DNA from: Saccostrea echinata
Taxonomy: Eukaryota
Reading direction: 5' to 3'
Length of the DNA: 64,000 nt
Assembly (NCBI RefSeq): GCF_033153115.1
Contig: NW_026889801.1
Span: 13,950,001 to 14,014,000, forward strand
Shown here: positions 38,172-48,485 of the stretch, piece after piece
Layout: each line of letters begins with the position of its first letter
How positions within the stretch are numbered: the stretch's first letter is position 1
The notes under the pieces: generated by a model
What the model was told of the DNA's origin: nothing
What the model saw: the letters and a program-made list of their open reading frames with translations, nothing else
The model's database searches: none
Translations under genes and position numbers: made by a program

Positions 38172-39090
38172 ATTGGTCGACCTCTCTCGGCCAAGAGTAA
38201 ATTAGTGAAAACCTTACGACGTTTACAGCGGGAACGAGATCCTGCCAAGCGGGCCCATTTAATCGAATTAGGGCGTAAAGCCTTATTGAATTGGTTTGCT
38301 ATGGGAGCTCGAAATTTGATACGTGGGGTCTTACCCATCAATAAACAGACTCAAAAGTTTATTAATAATCATCGTCAAGATTTAAGCATCATAGCCGATA
38401 AGTCGGCGAGTGATCAAGACAGAAAAAATGCCATTTTAAAACGCGGAGGAGCCGGATTTCTAGGCGGAGTCATCATTCGTCATTTATTTAAATGGAATGC
38501 ACCTAAGAAACGACGTGTCCGTCGTTTGAAAAGTGTGGTAGTGCGAGTCGATAATAAGAAACAAAGAGTGTTTCCCGACTGGATGGTCCGAGTAGGAGGA
38601 GGAGCAGCTCAAAAGACCAGAAAGAAGAGAAAACCTCCTAAGAGAAAACCTACTCAAAGAAAAGCCCCTGGTGGTAGAAAGAAGAAAAAAAACCACTCCC
38701 AAAACTCCAGCTCAACGAAAAGCCATGCCCGAAAGTCTAAAAAACGAAATCAATCAGTATTATAAGGAACAAAGACAAAAAACTATTGGGGAGTTATTAA
38801 AGAAACAAGCTGAAATGAGAATGGATCGTCCTATGGGGCCCATAGGCAGTCAAAGAGCTACCGATTTAGAAGTGTTTCCTCGAGTCAATGTGGGAATTCC
38901 CTCTCCTAGAATTAAAGTCCCCATTCACACTCCTAAAATAGCACGCTTTCAACCTCTGACCGCTTCTACACCTACACTTCCTAAAGGAATGAGATATAAA
39001 TGTCGATATTGTTCCAAAATCTACGTCACCCAGAAAAATAGAGACAAACACGAGAAGGACAAACACGACATGTATGCTCCTCCTCCTTGA
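38172..39090 (+). pseudogene. Highly basic protein with C-terminal C2H2 zinc finger (one gene, frameshifted in an A-run near 38685-38692; start ATG reads ATT in this copy)
   Basis: ORFs 38205-38765 and 38671-39090 join into one frame when compared with the inverted copy. Motifs RGGAGFLGG and CRYCSKIY...DKHEKDKH. Confidence 0.7.
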
Positions 39091-39140
39091 GAGTATAAAA
39101 AGGAGAGAAACATGGGACATGTCCTCATTTTAACCCCAGG

Positions 39141-39515
39141 ATGGCTAAGAAGAAGAAGAAAAGAAGGACTTGCTGTTCTACACGATTAAAACCTCATTGG
39201 CCTCTTTTAAGAGTGTTATATGACCCTCACTATTCCTCTCCATTAAAGACGGGTATTTTAAAACATTGTTCTGGAGATTGTATTCTCAAAATCTGCGAGA
39301 TCGTGTATAACCTATTAAAAGGAGTGTTACCTCTCAGTTCGGCTCATAAACGAAAACTAGCTCCTAAGAAACACATCTTCAGGAGACTGGTCAAACCTCA
39401 ATCTATCCGTAGACGACGAGCTTTGTTAGTCCAGCAAAAAGGAGGCTTCTTCCCTCTCTTAGCAGCAGCCGCTCCTTTACTTTTGGGAGCAGCTTCTTCC
39501 CTCCTAGGAAAATGA
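39141..39515 (+). CDS. Basic virion core-type protein with QKGG|F protease site and amphipathic C-terminal peptide
   Basis: ICEIVYNLLKG..PL and QQKGGFFPLLAAAAPLLLG match a conserved Polinton gene. Confidence 0.75.
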   Translation: MAKKKKKRRTCCSTRLKPHWPLLRVLYDPHYSSPLKTGILKHCSGDCILKICEIVYNLLKGVLPLSSAHKRKLAPKKHIFRRLVKPQSIRRRRALLVQQKGGFFPLLAAAAPLLLGAASSLLGK

Positions 39516-40372
39516 GTCGTAAAATGGTGTTAGTTCCCGAGGTCTTATTGAACGATCTCAAGGCAAAATTACCCAAACCTCCGGAATTTCAATCTACCAT
39601 CAGCTTAGGTCAGGAATTGGACGAGATTACAAGACGTGAAGATTTAACCCCAGAAGAAAAAGTCGCTTTATATGGCCAGGAACTTCATCGATATAGGAAT
39701 TATTTACAACAAGCTAGACAGGAACCTATTTCTAAACCTAAAATTTCAGCAGCTCCAGCAGCAGGAGCAGCTCCAGCCCCAGCAGCAGCAGCAGCAGCAT
39801 CACCAGCAGCCCCAGGTGAGATTGAAGATGAAATCCTTGAAACAGTGAATAAAAACATGAAAAGAAAAGCTGGATTATTATTAAATCATTTAAAGAAAAC
39901 CAAGGTGTTGAGTTGGAATAAAGAAGGTGAAATTAGTTATCGAGGTCAAAAAGTTCCCGATTCTAACATTGTGGATTTAATGGCTGATAGTATGAGATCT
40001 CGTTCTCGTGAAAACCATCCCCTTCCTAAAGGATTAGATGAATTTGCTCAAGCTTTAAAAGAGACGCGTACTCCTCTGGAATACGTGAGCAATGGAAACC
40101 TTATAAAAGCCATGCAGAGATCTGGAAAAATCAGTACTCCTAAAAGTATCTTCAGTGATAGTGAGGACGAGGGCGATAGTGGATTTAAAGATGCTTCTTC
40201 ATTTTTGACCCCTGTTAGTAGACCTGTAGGAGATAGAGGAATAAAAAAATCCACTCCTAGACCTCTGTTAAATTTAGCGAAGGCCATCAAAAAATCTAAA
40301 TTCAGTCCAAGTTTACCTAAAAAGAGATTAGAACAGATAGACGAAAATTGGCTTCAATTACCTAAGATATGA
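39512..40372 (+). CDS. Conserved Polinton protein of unknown function
   Basis: RKMVLVPE start and SWNKEGEISYRGQKVPDSNIVDL motif; ATGA overlaps with both neighbours. Confidence 0.75.
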   Translation: MSRKMVLVPEVLLNDLKAKLPKPPEFQSTISLGQELDEITRREDLTPEEKVALYGQELHRYRNYLQQARQEPISKPKISAAPAAGAAPAPAAAAAASPAAPGEIEDEILETVNKNMKRKAGLLLNHLKKTKVLSWNKEGEISYRGQKVPDSNIVDLMADSMRSRSRENHPLPKGLDEFAQALKETRTPLEYVSNGNLIKAMQRSGKISTPKSIFSDSEDEGDSGFKDASSFLTPVSRPVGDRGIKKSTPRPLLNLAKAIKKSKFSPSLPKKRLEQIDENWLQLPKI

Positions 40373-41461
40373 AAAAGAAACCAGAGGAAGACATTTTAAA
40401 AGAGATTTATTATGATCCTAAAAGAGGGTACGGAGGAATACAAGCTTTGTATCGTCAGGTCAGAAGTCTGGGACATAAGATTTCCTTGAAAAAGATACGA
40501 GAATGGTTAAAAGAGCAAGATGCGTATACCTTACATAAACCCATTCACAGAAAATTCCGGAGACAACAGACTAGAGTGACGGATATAGACGAACAATGGC
40601 AATTAGATTTAGCAGATGTGTCCAGTTTAAAGAAACACAATGACGGTTATACTTTTTTATTGTGTGCCATTGACGTCTTATCTAAATATGCCTGGGTGGT
40701 GCCTTTAAAACAGAAAACGGGAAAAGAAATGATTCGAGGATTACGAGAGATTTTTCAACAAGACGGTCGACGTCCCGTCCGCATTCAATCCGATCAAGGA
40801 AAAGAATTTACCAATCGAGAATTCTTACAGGCTTTTAAATCCATTCATTTTTTTACCACTCGTAATACGGACACCAAAGCCAGTATCGTGGAACGATTTC
40901 AGAGAACTCTCAAAGCACGCATGTGGCGCTATTTCACCCGTCATAAAACCAGACGGTATTTAGAGATCTTACCGGATTTAGTGTATGCTTACAATCACAC
41001 TTATCATCGCAGTATCCAAAGAGCACCAGCTCAAGTGAATGCTTCTAATGTGTTAAAAGTCTGGAAAACTTTATATGGGAAATCAAATCGGAAACTGTTT
41101 CCTAAACCTCAGTTTAAGGAAGGAGATCGGGTACGCATCAGTAAAGCCAAACGCACATTTGAAAAAGGATATTTACCTAACTGGACCACAGAACTGTTTA
41201 CCATTTCTAAAAGAGTTCCTGGAAGGTATCCTTACGTGTATAGAGTGCAAGATTATAACGGAGAGGAATTAGAAGGGACTTTTTACGAGAAAGAATTACA
41301 AAAGATCATTAAAAAAGACGACGTGTACGAAGTGGAGGAAATCTTGGGGTATAAAAAGCGACGCGTAGGGAAAAAAAATCATTCAAGAAGTCAAAGTTCG
41401 GTGGAAAGGATATCCCCCTAGTTTCGATTCATGGATTCCACAAACGGATCTCATCCAATAA
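40369..41461 (+). CDS. int: Retroviral-type (rve) integrase with C-terminal chromodomain; frameshift in the A8 run at 41371-41378
   Basis: WQLDLAD, IDVLSKYAW, IQSDQGKEF, KASIVERFQRTLK, FEKGYLPNWT. Removing one A gives YEVEEIL...EVKVRWKGYPPSFDSWIPQTDLIQ* (stop at 41461). Confidence 0.93.
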
Positions 41462-41697
41462 CTCCTCACTGGAAATTTTGTGGAGAGAATGTTCCCCGAG
41501 AAGAAATCGTTTATTTCGCACAATTATTGATCTGTGTATCTCTCATCGTCACCAGTGTGGTCATGTTAGCTTTACACGATCCTAATCGAGAATATTGGAT
41601 GGTATGTGTGAGTTCTTCAGTGGGTTATATCATGCCTAGTCCTACGATGATGCATCATACACCTACCCCTAAGAAGATCACGAATGCACAGAGTTAA
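41431..41697 (+). CDS. Small two-helix membrane protein
   Basis: EIVYFAQLLICVSLIVTSVVMLAL...YWMVCVSSSVGYIMPSP; similar small membrane genes occur in Polintons. Confidence 0.7.
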   Translation: MDSTNGSHPITPHWKFCGENVPREEIVYFAQLLICVSLIVTSVVMLALHDPNREYWMVCVSSSVGYIMPSPTMMHHTPTPKKITNAQS

Positions 41698-41797
41698 TGT
41701 CTTTTAAAAATAAATAGATACACCACAGAGTATATATAAAATGGGGAAACAACAAAGATTTTTTTCATTTCTGATCTGACTGAGGACAGAGCACAAC

Positions 41798-42268
41798 ATG
41801 GAATTTTTAAGCTCCGAGTATCGTTGGAAAATGCAAGAGCCTACAGGTTCCACTAAAAAAGGAGAATGGATGAAAAACAAAGAGGAATGCATCCAAGATT
41901 TCATGGATAAGAATCCGGGAGAAACAGGACTCAATGATGTGTACCTGTATAAGAGATTCAAATTACCGGACCATGAATGTGCACCACTCATAGTATCATT
42001 ATTAGGGTCATGGCGACCCCAGTATCAGGAATTCAAATGGAAAGTCAAATACGTTTTGGCTCACAAAACAGAGGCACCAGTAAGGACCTGGATTCAAGGA
42101 AAATGGATGGAAGAAGTCCGAGATTGTATCAAAGATTATGTAAACAAAGTGCTCAGAGAAGGATACGACATCATGGACTGTGCTTGTGAAACAGAATATT
42201 TGTACATGAGGAGAACTTTTCCTATTCAAAAAGAACTATGCAAAAGTATTCCATGTTTGGTAATTTAA
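41798..42268 (+). CDS. Unknown accessory protein, family A copy 1 (internally duplicated Trp motif)
   Basis: Has its own TATA box (~41731) and is similar to the 43877-44380 product. Confidence 0.7.
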   Translation: MEFLSSEYRWKMQEPTGSTKKGEWMKNKEECIQDFMDKNPGETGLNDVYLYKRFKLPDHECAPLIVSLLGSWRPQYQEFKWKVKYVLAHKTEAPVRTWIQGKWMEEVRDCIKDYVNKVLREGYDIMDCACETEYLYMRRTFPIQKELCKSIPCLVI

Positions 42269-42419
42269 TGTTGTTGTTGTTGTTGTTGTGAATTAAAAAC
42301 CTAAGGAAAAAAAAAAAAAATTCTGGTGTTGTTGGTTTTTCCGCTTCGACTAAAAATAGATATCCCAAGGTATATATAAATCTTAGCTTTGAGTTCACTG
42401 TGCTCATTTTTTTTCAATC

Positions 42420-42869
42420 ATGCCTTCTGTGTGGAGAATGTCGTATTTTCTTCACCAAGAAAATAGTGCCTGTCCTCATTGCCATAGGCAGTTGAGAGAG
42501 ATCAGCAGATTTCCTGAGTATGACAGTGACGACGACGACCTTATTGGTTGGTATTGGGGATGTAATGAATGTGGAGAACGTATACCTCACTGGGAAGTAG
42601 ACGATCCCCCTAGTTTGTGGTATTGTCGCTGTGATTGGTGCCTGAAATATTACCTGTGGAAATATGGGGTTGATTTTATGATGCCACGTTGGGCTAAGCG
42701 CATGAGAAGAAATACCAAGATCGAGAGATGCCCCTCCTGCTGGGAAGAAAACACCCAAGGAAAATGGAAATGTCAACAGTGTATGAAATATCCCTGCTGT
42801 GAAAAGTGTTACAAGTCCATTATACGGCTTTCTTACAGAAATTGTCCCTTGTGGCGATTTGAACAATAA
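42420..42869 (+). CDS. Cys-rich Zn-ribbon + RING-like protein, family B copy 1
   Basis: CPHC..CNEC..PHWEVDDPPS..CRCDWC..CPSC..CQQC..PCCEKC..CPLW (last Cys is Trp here). Confidence 0.75.
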   Translation: MPSVWRMSYFLHQENSACPHCHRQLREISRFPEYDSDDDDLIGWYWGCNECGERIPHWEVDDPPSLWYCRCDWCLKYYLWKYGVDFMMPRWAKRMRRNTKIERCPSCWEENTQGKWKCQQCMKYPCCEKCYKSIIRLSYRNCPLWRFEQ

Positions 42870-43008
42870 TAATAATAATAATAATAATAAAAATTATAAA
42901 ACAAAACCAGGTCTTATTTTTAACTCAGCTGAATACATGTGATGACGTCACAATAGGCAGCTTGATGACTTGAATCGGTGCCAAGTTTATGCCCTAGGTA
43001 AAAACCTG

Positions 43009-43037
<29 letters not shown>

Positions 43038-43044
<7 letters not shown>

Positions 43045-43157
43045 TTTTTAGACTTTGGAAAAACCAATAGACTTAAAAAATTTATTTTTTGACTTTGGAA
43101 AAACCAATAGACTTAAAAAATTTATTTTTTGACTTTGGAAAAACCAATAGACTTAAA
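43038..43157 (+). repeat. Three tandem 40-bp repeats carrying TGGAAAAACC and CCAAT (putative enhancer)
   Basis: AAATTTATTTTT(A/T)GACTTTGGAAAAACCAATAGACTTAAA x3, with CRE TGACGTCA at 42943. Confidence 0.85.
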
Positions 43158-43286
43158 TAGAGTAAGAACGTGTGAAGCACGTGTGGGTTTTTTCAAAGCG
43201 ACTATAAATAGTCAGATCCAAAGGTATTTAAAGCTGAGCTTTTTTGGAAAAAAAAAAAAATTTCACCACTACCACCACATTTCATC

Positions 43287-43739
43287 ATGATTTTTATGTG
43301 GAGACTGAAGTATTTCTTTGAGGTAGAAAAGTATTACTGTCATTACTGTGATAGGGAGATGATCCATGAGCGTACATTTACGGTGTATGACCATCCCGGA
43401 TGGCATCACAGAACTTATCAATTTTGCGAGCATTGTGAAATGGCTTTTCCTCACTGGTTTGTGGATGATCCCCCTTCCATGGAGACCTGTGGATGTAGTT
43501 AGTGCGTGAAATATTTCACATGGAAGTACGGGGCAGAGAATATGGTGCCCCTATGGGTCAAAGTCACCAGGAAGAGAGCCTTAAAGAAATGCCTGACCTG
43601 CTGGGAGGAAAATACGGAGGGGAGATGGAAGTGCCAACAATGCCGACAGTATCCATGCTGTGTGAAATGTGTCGAGAACTTCGTCAAGATTTGCTACAGA
43701 CTTTGTCCATTATGTAGATATGAAGGAAATAAATCATAA
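43287..43739 (+). pseudogene. Cys-rich Zn-ribbon + RING-like protein, family B copy 2, with in-frame TAG at 43500-43502
   Basis: ORFs 43287-43502 and 43506-43739 are in the same frame; CGCS*CVKY aligns with CRCDWCLKY of copy 1 (TGG>TAG). Confidence 0.8.
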
Positions 43740-43876
43740 AATCAAAAAAACTGTTGTTTGGTTTTTCCTGAGATGCTAAAAATAGATTGGATAAGGTTAT
43801 ATAAAGAGGTATGACCCCAAAAAAAATCATTCATTCTGAAAAAGTTCATTGTCCAAGTCAGACGTGTTTTAAAAAG

Positions 43877-44380
43877 ATGCAGTATCGTTGGTATTGTGAG
43901 AGCCCCATCACTCGGTTTATTTACATGGAAGGAGGGTGGATGAAAACTAAAGTAGGAGCGATCCTGGATTTCTTTGAAAATCATCCAGGACATTCCCTGG
44001 AAAACGTGTGGCTGGAAAAAAGAGTCAAAACCCCGCATCCTAAAGGAACTAGAGTGAGGGTGAAATTCAACCAGCATTACGAGCAATATAAATGGGTCAG
44101 CTGTACTCATCCTATGAATCGTTCGACACCGATGACTCTGGTTCTGAACGAAAGTCTCTGGTACTCCGACATAGCAGAGTGTGTGAGACATTTTTTCAAG
44201 ATGAAGAAAAGAGAACTGACATTTTCAGATTATCACGACGTTAAACAGTATGTGTATTGTCGCATCCCCCTTTCCCAGATCAAAGACAATATGGAGAAGG
44301 AAGGACTTGGTGTTTTAGACAGAGTGATTGATTACAGATCAGAAGAAGAAGAAGAAGAAGAAGAAGAAGAAAAAGTGTAA
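43877..44380 (+). CDS. Unknown accessory protein, family A copy 2, with poly-Glu tail
   Basis: YRW...GGWMKTK..AILDFFENHPG aligns with YRW...GEWMKNK..CIQDFMDKNPG. TATA at 43798 and Inr at 43827 favour the ATG at 43877 over 43811. Confidence 0.7.
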   Translation: MQYRWYCESPITRFIYMEGGWMKTKVGAILDFFENHPGHSLENVWLEKRVKTPHPKGTRVRVKFNQHYEQYKWVSCTHPMNRSTPMTLVLNESLWYSDIAECVRHFFKMKKRELTFSDYHDVKQYVYCRIPLSQIKDNMEKEGLGVLDRVIDYRSEEEEEEEEEEKV

Positions 44381-44482
44381 AAAAAAAAAAAACTCAATAA
44401 AATTTAAAAAAAAAAAAAAAAAAAAAAGTGTTGTTATAAATAGAAGGGTCCTAAGTTATTTTGTCTCAGTATCTCACTGAAC

Positions 44483-45484
44483 ATGGCCGAGAGCAGTGGC
44501 TTTTACATGACTTTACCCAGTGATGGGTCCATGCAATCTTTTCCGAGTAATACGACTGCTCAATTTAAAACCTTATTACCACAAACAGTAGATTTAACAG
44601 ATGGACAATGGGAAGTGGCTTTAACAGAATTGATGTATCCCATTTCATTGAAAAACATCACAGAAGAGGAAGCTTATTTTGACATCCTGCTTCCTCAGAT
44701 TTATAATCGAAAAGTCGAAGAACCTAATGTGTTTAGATGGGACAGATTTAAAATGAAAACCATAGAGGCGATGCCATTAAGCCAATGTCCTGTACTGCTA
44801 GATTGGGACCATACTGAATTTGGTGATCAAATAAGCAAAAATTGGAAAGACCAAAAGATGGAAATTAAGCGAATTCACTTTAGACCGGGGCCTTACATTC
44901 ATCCCATGGCTTTAACAAGTGAAATCAGTCTTGGACTGGAAAGAACTTTGAAAAAATTATGGAAGTTTTTAGGTGATTCTGTTGATTCTAAAAAAAAGAG
45001 TGAGATGAAATTAGCCTATCATGACAAATATGATAAAGTGATGTATCACTTTAACGGGAGAGAACTTAGAAAATATCCCTTTTGCATTCGTTTTCCCACA
45101 GCCTTAGCTTATAAGTTAGGAATAGAAAGTAAGAAGGTGATGCTTCAGAACGATACAGAAACCAAATGGATCAACGTGAGTTACATGGGTAACAATACCG
45201 TAGATTTATATGAAAATCTGAAATCCATGTACGTGTATTGTGACTTGATTGAACCCCAGACGGTAGGATCCAATGCCTTGAAATTATTAAGAGTGGTTCC
45301 TTGTACACTCAATCTGGAAGATAAAAAACAAGCTAAATGGGAACCCGTTAGAGCGGAATATTTGAAACTGAGTAAAAAACATTTCGATAGCATTGAGATT
45401 CATATCATGACTCCTTTAGGGATTCCCATGCCTTTTTTAAGTGGAAAATCGGTCGTGAAACTTCATTTCAGAAAAGTGTACTGA
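44483..45484 (+). CDS. Minor capsid protein (penton)
   Basis: FYMTLPS..S...FPSNT..QF...LP..VDL..QWEVAL.E; MYVYCDLIEPQTVG..LLRVV; VKLHFRK C-terminus. Confidence 0.92.
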   Translation: MAESSGFYMTLPSDGSMQSFPSNTTAQFKTLLPQTVDLTDGQWEVALTELMYPISLKNITEEEAYFDILLPQIYNRKVEEPNVFRWDRFKMKTIEAMPLSQCPVLLDWDHTEFGDQISKNWKDQKMEIKRIHFRPGPYIHPMALTSEISLGLERTLKKLWKFLGDSVDSKKKSEMKLAYHDKYDKVMYHFNGRELRKYPFCIRFPTALAYKLGIESKKVMLQNDTETKWINVSYMGNNTVDLYENLKSMYVYCDLIEPQTVGSNALKLLRVVPCTLNLEDKKQAKWEPVRAEYLKLSKKHFDSIEIHIMTPLGIPMPFLSGKSVVKLHFRKVY

Positions 45485-45485
45485 G

Positions 45486-45566
45486 ATGAGTGTACATCTT
45501 TTTTGTTACATCCTATTGGGAGTGATGACTTGTCTGATATGCTGTCTGTATTGTATTCAACCCTAA
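45486..45566 (+). CDS. Possible 26-aa hydrophobic Cys-rich micropeptide
   Basis: MSVHLFCYILLGVMTCLICCLYCIQP* starts 1 nt after the penton stop codon and fills the gap up to the next TATA box. Confidence 0.35.
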   Translation: MSVHLFCYILLGVMTCLICCLYCIQP

Positions 45567-45633
45567 GACAGGAGGGGTATAAAAAGGAGTCCCCGGAGTG
45601 CATTTAGGTCAGTCTGACACGAGTCATGAAAAC

Positions 45634-46408
45634 ATGCAGTATCATCCCGGATTATTGAGACAAAGAGGACACGGACAGTTTGTCTATCATAGAGGTTTAT
45701 TACGTCAAAAAGGACACGGTATTTTAGGATCCTTGTTTAAAGTAGCAGCTCCCTTAATAGGAGGATTATTTGGAGGAGGCCAACAGCAACCACCCCCACC
45801 CCCACCCTATTATTATCCACCCCAAAACTATCAAAGAGGGGAAGGATTTTTTACGGATTTACTGAAATCGGGGGCCAAACACGCCTTGACCGCTGCTGCT
45901 AGAACGGGGTTAGACGTGTTAGAAAATAAGAGATCTTTAAAAGACGCTGTCAAAACTCACGGAGTACAAGCCCTGAAAAACACTTCGGGAATGGTGAAAC
46001 AAAGAATGAATCTAGGAGGTACTAAGAAAAGAACAAGAAAGAGAATGAAAAAACAGAGGGGATCGGGAATGGTGATTAAAATAATAAGAAGAAAAAGACG
46101 ACAGAGAGGCAGAGGATTTTTTACGGATTTACTGAAAACGGGAGCCAAACACGCCTTGACCGCTGCTGCTAGAACGGGGTTAGACGTGTAAGAAAATAAG
46201 AGATCTTTAAAAGACGCTGTCAAAACTCACGGAGTACAAGCCCTGAAAAACACTTCGGGAATGGTGAAACAAAGAATGAATCTAGGAGGTACTAAGAAAA
46301 GAAGAAAAAAGACACCTGTGTTAGCCCGAGGAGGTCCTAAGAGAAAAAGAAAAAAAACAAGGAGGAATTCAGACTAAGAAAACACGTCCTTTAGATATCT
46401 TTGATTGA
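45634..46408 (+). pseudogene. pVII-like basic core protein with multiple Q-x-G-x-G protease sites and a 270-bp-period internal duplication
   Basis: QRGHG, QKGHG, QRGEG, QRGSG, QRGRG. TTA>TAA at 46189-46191 relative to the first repeat. Correcting one A near 46355 yields the terminal TKKTRPLDIFD*. Confidence 0.8.
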
Positions 46409-46480
46409 GAGACTATAAATAGGGAAGTCGAGTGAGATTGACCTTCATTTGTGAAAAATCCATCCTAGTAGACAGACATT

Positions 46481-47896
46481 ATGTTGCAACCAGATTCCTG
46501 TGCGTGTGGGATGAACAATTTACAATTGTTCCAAGTCCCCCCGACTAATATTGCTTTAGAAGACTCCAAATGGGAAGAATATTACCCCACTTCTAGTACT
46601 TTAGATTCGGATACGGCTCCCATTGAATTTGAAATTAAAGGACAAGGAGATCAATATCTGGATTTATCTCAAACGTATGTTCAAATGATGTGTAAATTTA
46701 CCAAAGACGATGGTACTGATCTGACTGGAGCTGGCACCACTTGCGCCCCGGTGAATAATATCTTTCATTCCTTGTTTACGGAAATCGATCTCAGTGTCAA
46801 TGGAAAAATAGTGTCTCCGGGAACCGATACTTATCCTTACAAAGTTTATCTGGAGAAATTACTTTCTTACAAACCCAGAACTTTAATGACACAGATGAGA
46901 GCCTGTAGTCTGTGGGAAAAAGATACGGCAGGACACATGGACGAAGTGGGGGTAGCAGACCTTGGAGTGGCTCAAAATAAGACATTTGATGTAAAAAAGG
47001 GTGTAAGTGGCGATACTGTGGTCATTGACGAACCCATCGTCCCAGAGTTACCGGCCAATTCTAGAAACGAAGGATTTAGAAAACGTCACCAGGCCATCAA
47101 AGATAGTAAGAAAATAGCCTTGTTTGATCGTTTACATCTGGATCTATTTCAACAAGACCGATTTCTACCCAATGGAGTAGACGTCCGTTTGAGATTTAAT
47201 CGAGCTAGACCTCAGTTCTATATGATGATCAAAGCACTAAGTACGGGAAAAGTGAAAATATTGAACATGGTCTTGTGGGTGAGAAAAGTCAAACCCACGG
47301 CCGTCATGATGAATGGCATTAATCAAAGTTTGAACACTCATAGAGCCAAATATCCTTTGAGAAGAGTCGAAGTGAAAACCTTTACCATACTGACAGGAAC
47401 TCAATCCAAGATTACGGATCATCTGTTTCAAGGCCAGATGCCTAAACGTCTCATTTTAGGCTTTGTGGAAAATGCGGCTTTTAACGGAGATAAAACTAAA
47501 AATCCGTTTCATTTTCAAAACATTGGAATTAAGAAATTAGATGTCAGTATCAACGGAGAGACCATGAGTACTCGTTGTTTTGAGCCCAATTTCAATGAAG
47601 ATTTATATCTGAGATCTTATCTGAGTCTATATCAAGCCTTGGGAAAATTAGGAGAAGATTGGGCTCCGGACATCACCCTAGAAGAGTATAAAAACGGATA
47701 CACTCTGTGGGGCTGGGATTTCACGAAAGATCAAGAAGCGCAATCGGACAAATTCCACATCATAGAAACCGGAAATCTGAGAATAGAAGTCCAATTTACG
47801 AACAATACGGTGAACACCTAAAATTGTGTGGTGTATGCAGAATTCGATAACCTGTTAGAAATAAACAAACAGAGAGAAGTGAGTATTGATTACTAA
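46481..47896 (+). pseudogene. mcp: Double jelly-roll major capsid protein with in-frame TAA at 47819-47821
   Basis: [61 protein letters not shown]. Readthrough gives [26 protein letters not shown], whose stop overlaps the protease ATG (TAATG). Confidence 0.95.
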
Positions 47897-48399
47897 TGGA
47901 TACAGGACAGTTGAGAGAAGTCTTATCCAGAGAATTAAAGAGTTCTTTTGGTGGAGTGTACCCTGTCGATATATTACCGGATCAATTAAGACCTGGAGAA
48001 AAAGCCATCGTGGTGAATACGGATCCTCAGGATCAACTTGGAGAACACTGGGTGTGTCTGTACGTGAGCAGTCCAGTGGTGGAATATTTTGACTCTTATG
48101 GATTTCCTCCCTTACAGAAAGAAATTCAAGACTTTATCCAGCGTCATGCTCACCAATGGATTTATAATCCGTATCGATATCAAGATTGGAAGACCGATGT
48201 GTGTGGACAATATTGTGTGTATTATTTACATCAAAGACACAAGTTGAGAAAGAAAGCAGACGAGTGGTTATTTCCCTTTGACCATAGTACAGCTTTACAA
48301 AGAGATCATTATGTAGCTCAATGGTTTAAAGACACTTATCATAAAAGACCTACGGGTCATGGACAAACTTGTCAATGTTTCTATCAAAATGTCATGTAA
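47896..48399 (+). CDS. Adenain-like cysteine maturation protease
   Basis: VNTD....GEHWV, EYFDSYG, YQ....VCGQYC (His-Asp-Gln-Cys). Confidence 0.95.
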   Translation: MDTGQLREVLSRELKSSFGGVYPVDILPDQLRPGEKAIVVNTDPQDQLGEHWVCLYVSSPVVEYFDSYGFPPLQKEIQDFIQRHAHQWIYNPYRYQDWKTDVCGQYCVYYLHQRHKLRKKADEWLFPFDHSTALQRDHYVAQWFKDTYHKRPTGHGQTCQCFYQNVM

Positions 48400-48448
48400 T
48401 TAATTGTTGTTATCAATAAAGAATTGAAAAAAAAAAAAATCTGTTCTT

Positions 48449-48485
<37 letters not shown>

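Noticed and set aside
36472-47821. Programmed stop readthrough or an alternative genetic code in the Polinton
   Set aside because: The stops are of three kinds (TGA, TAG, TAA), each one substitution from the expected codon. For 46189 the internal repeat shows the ancestral TTA.
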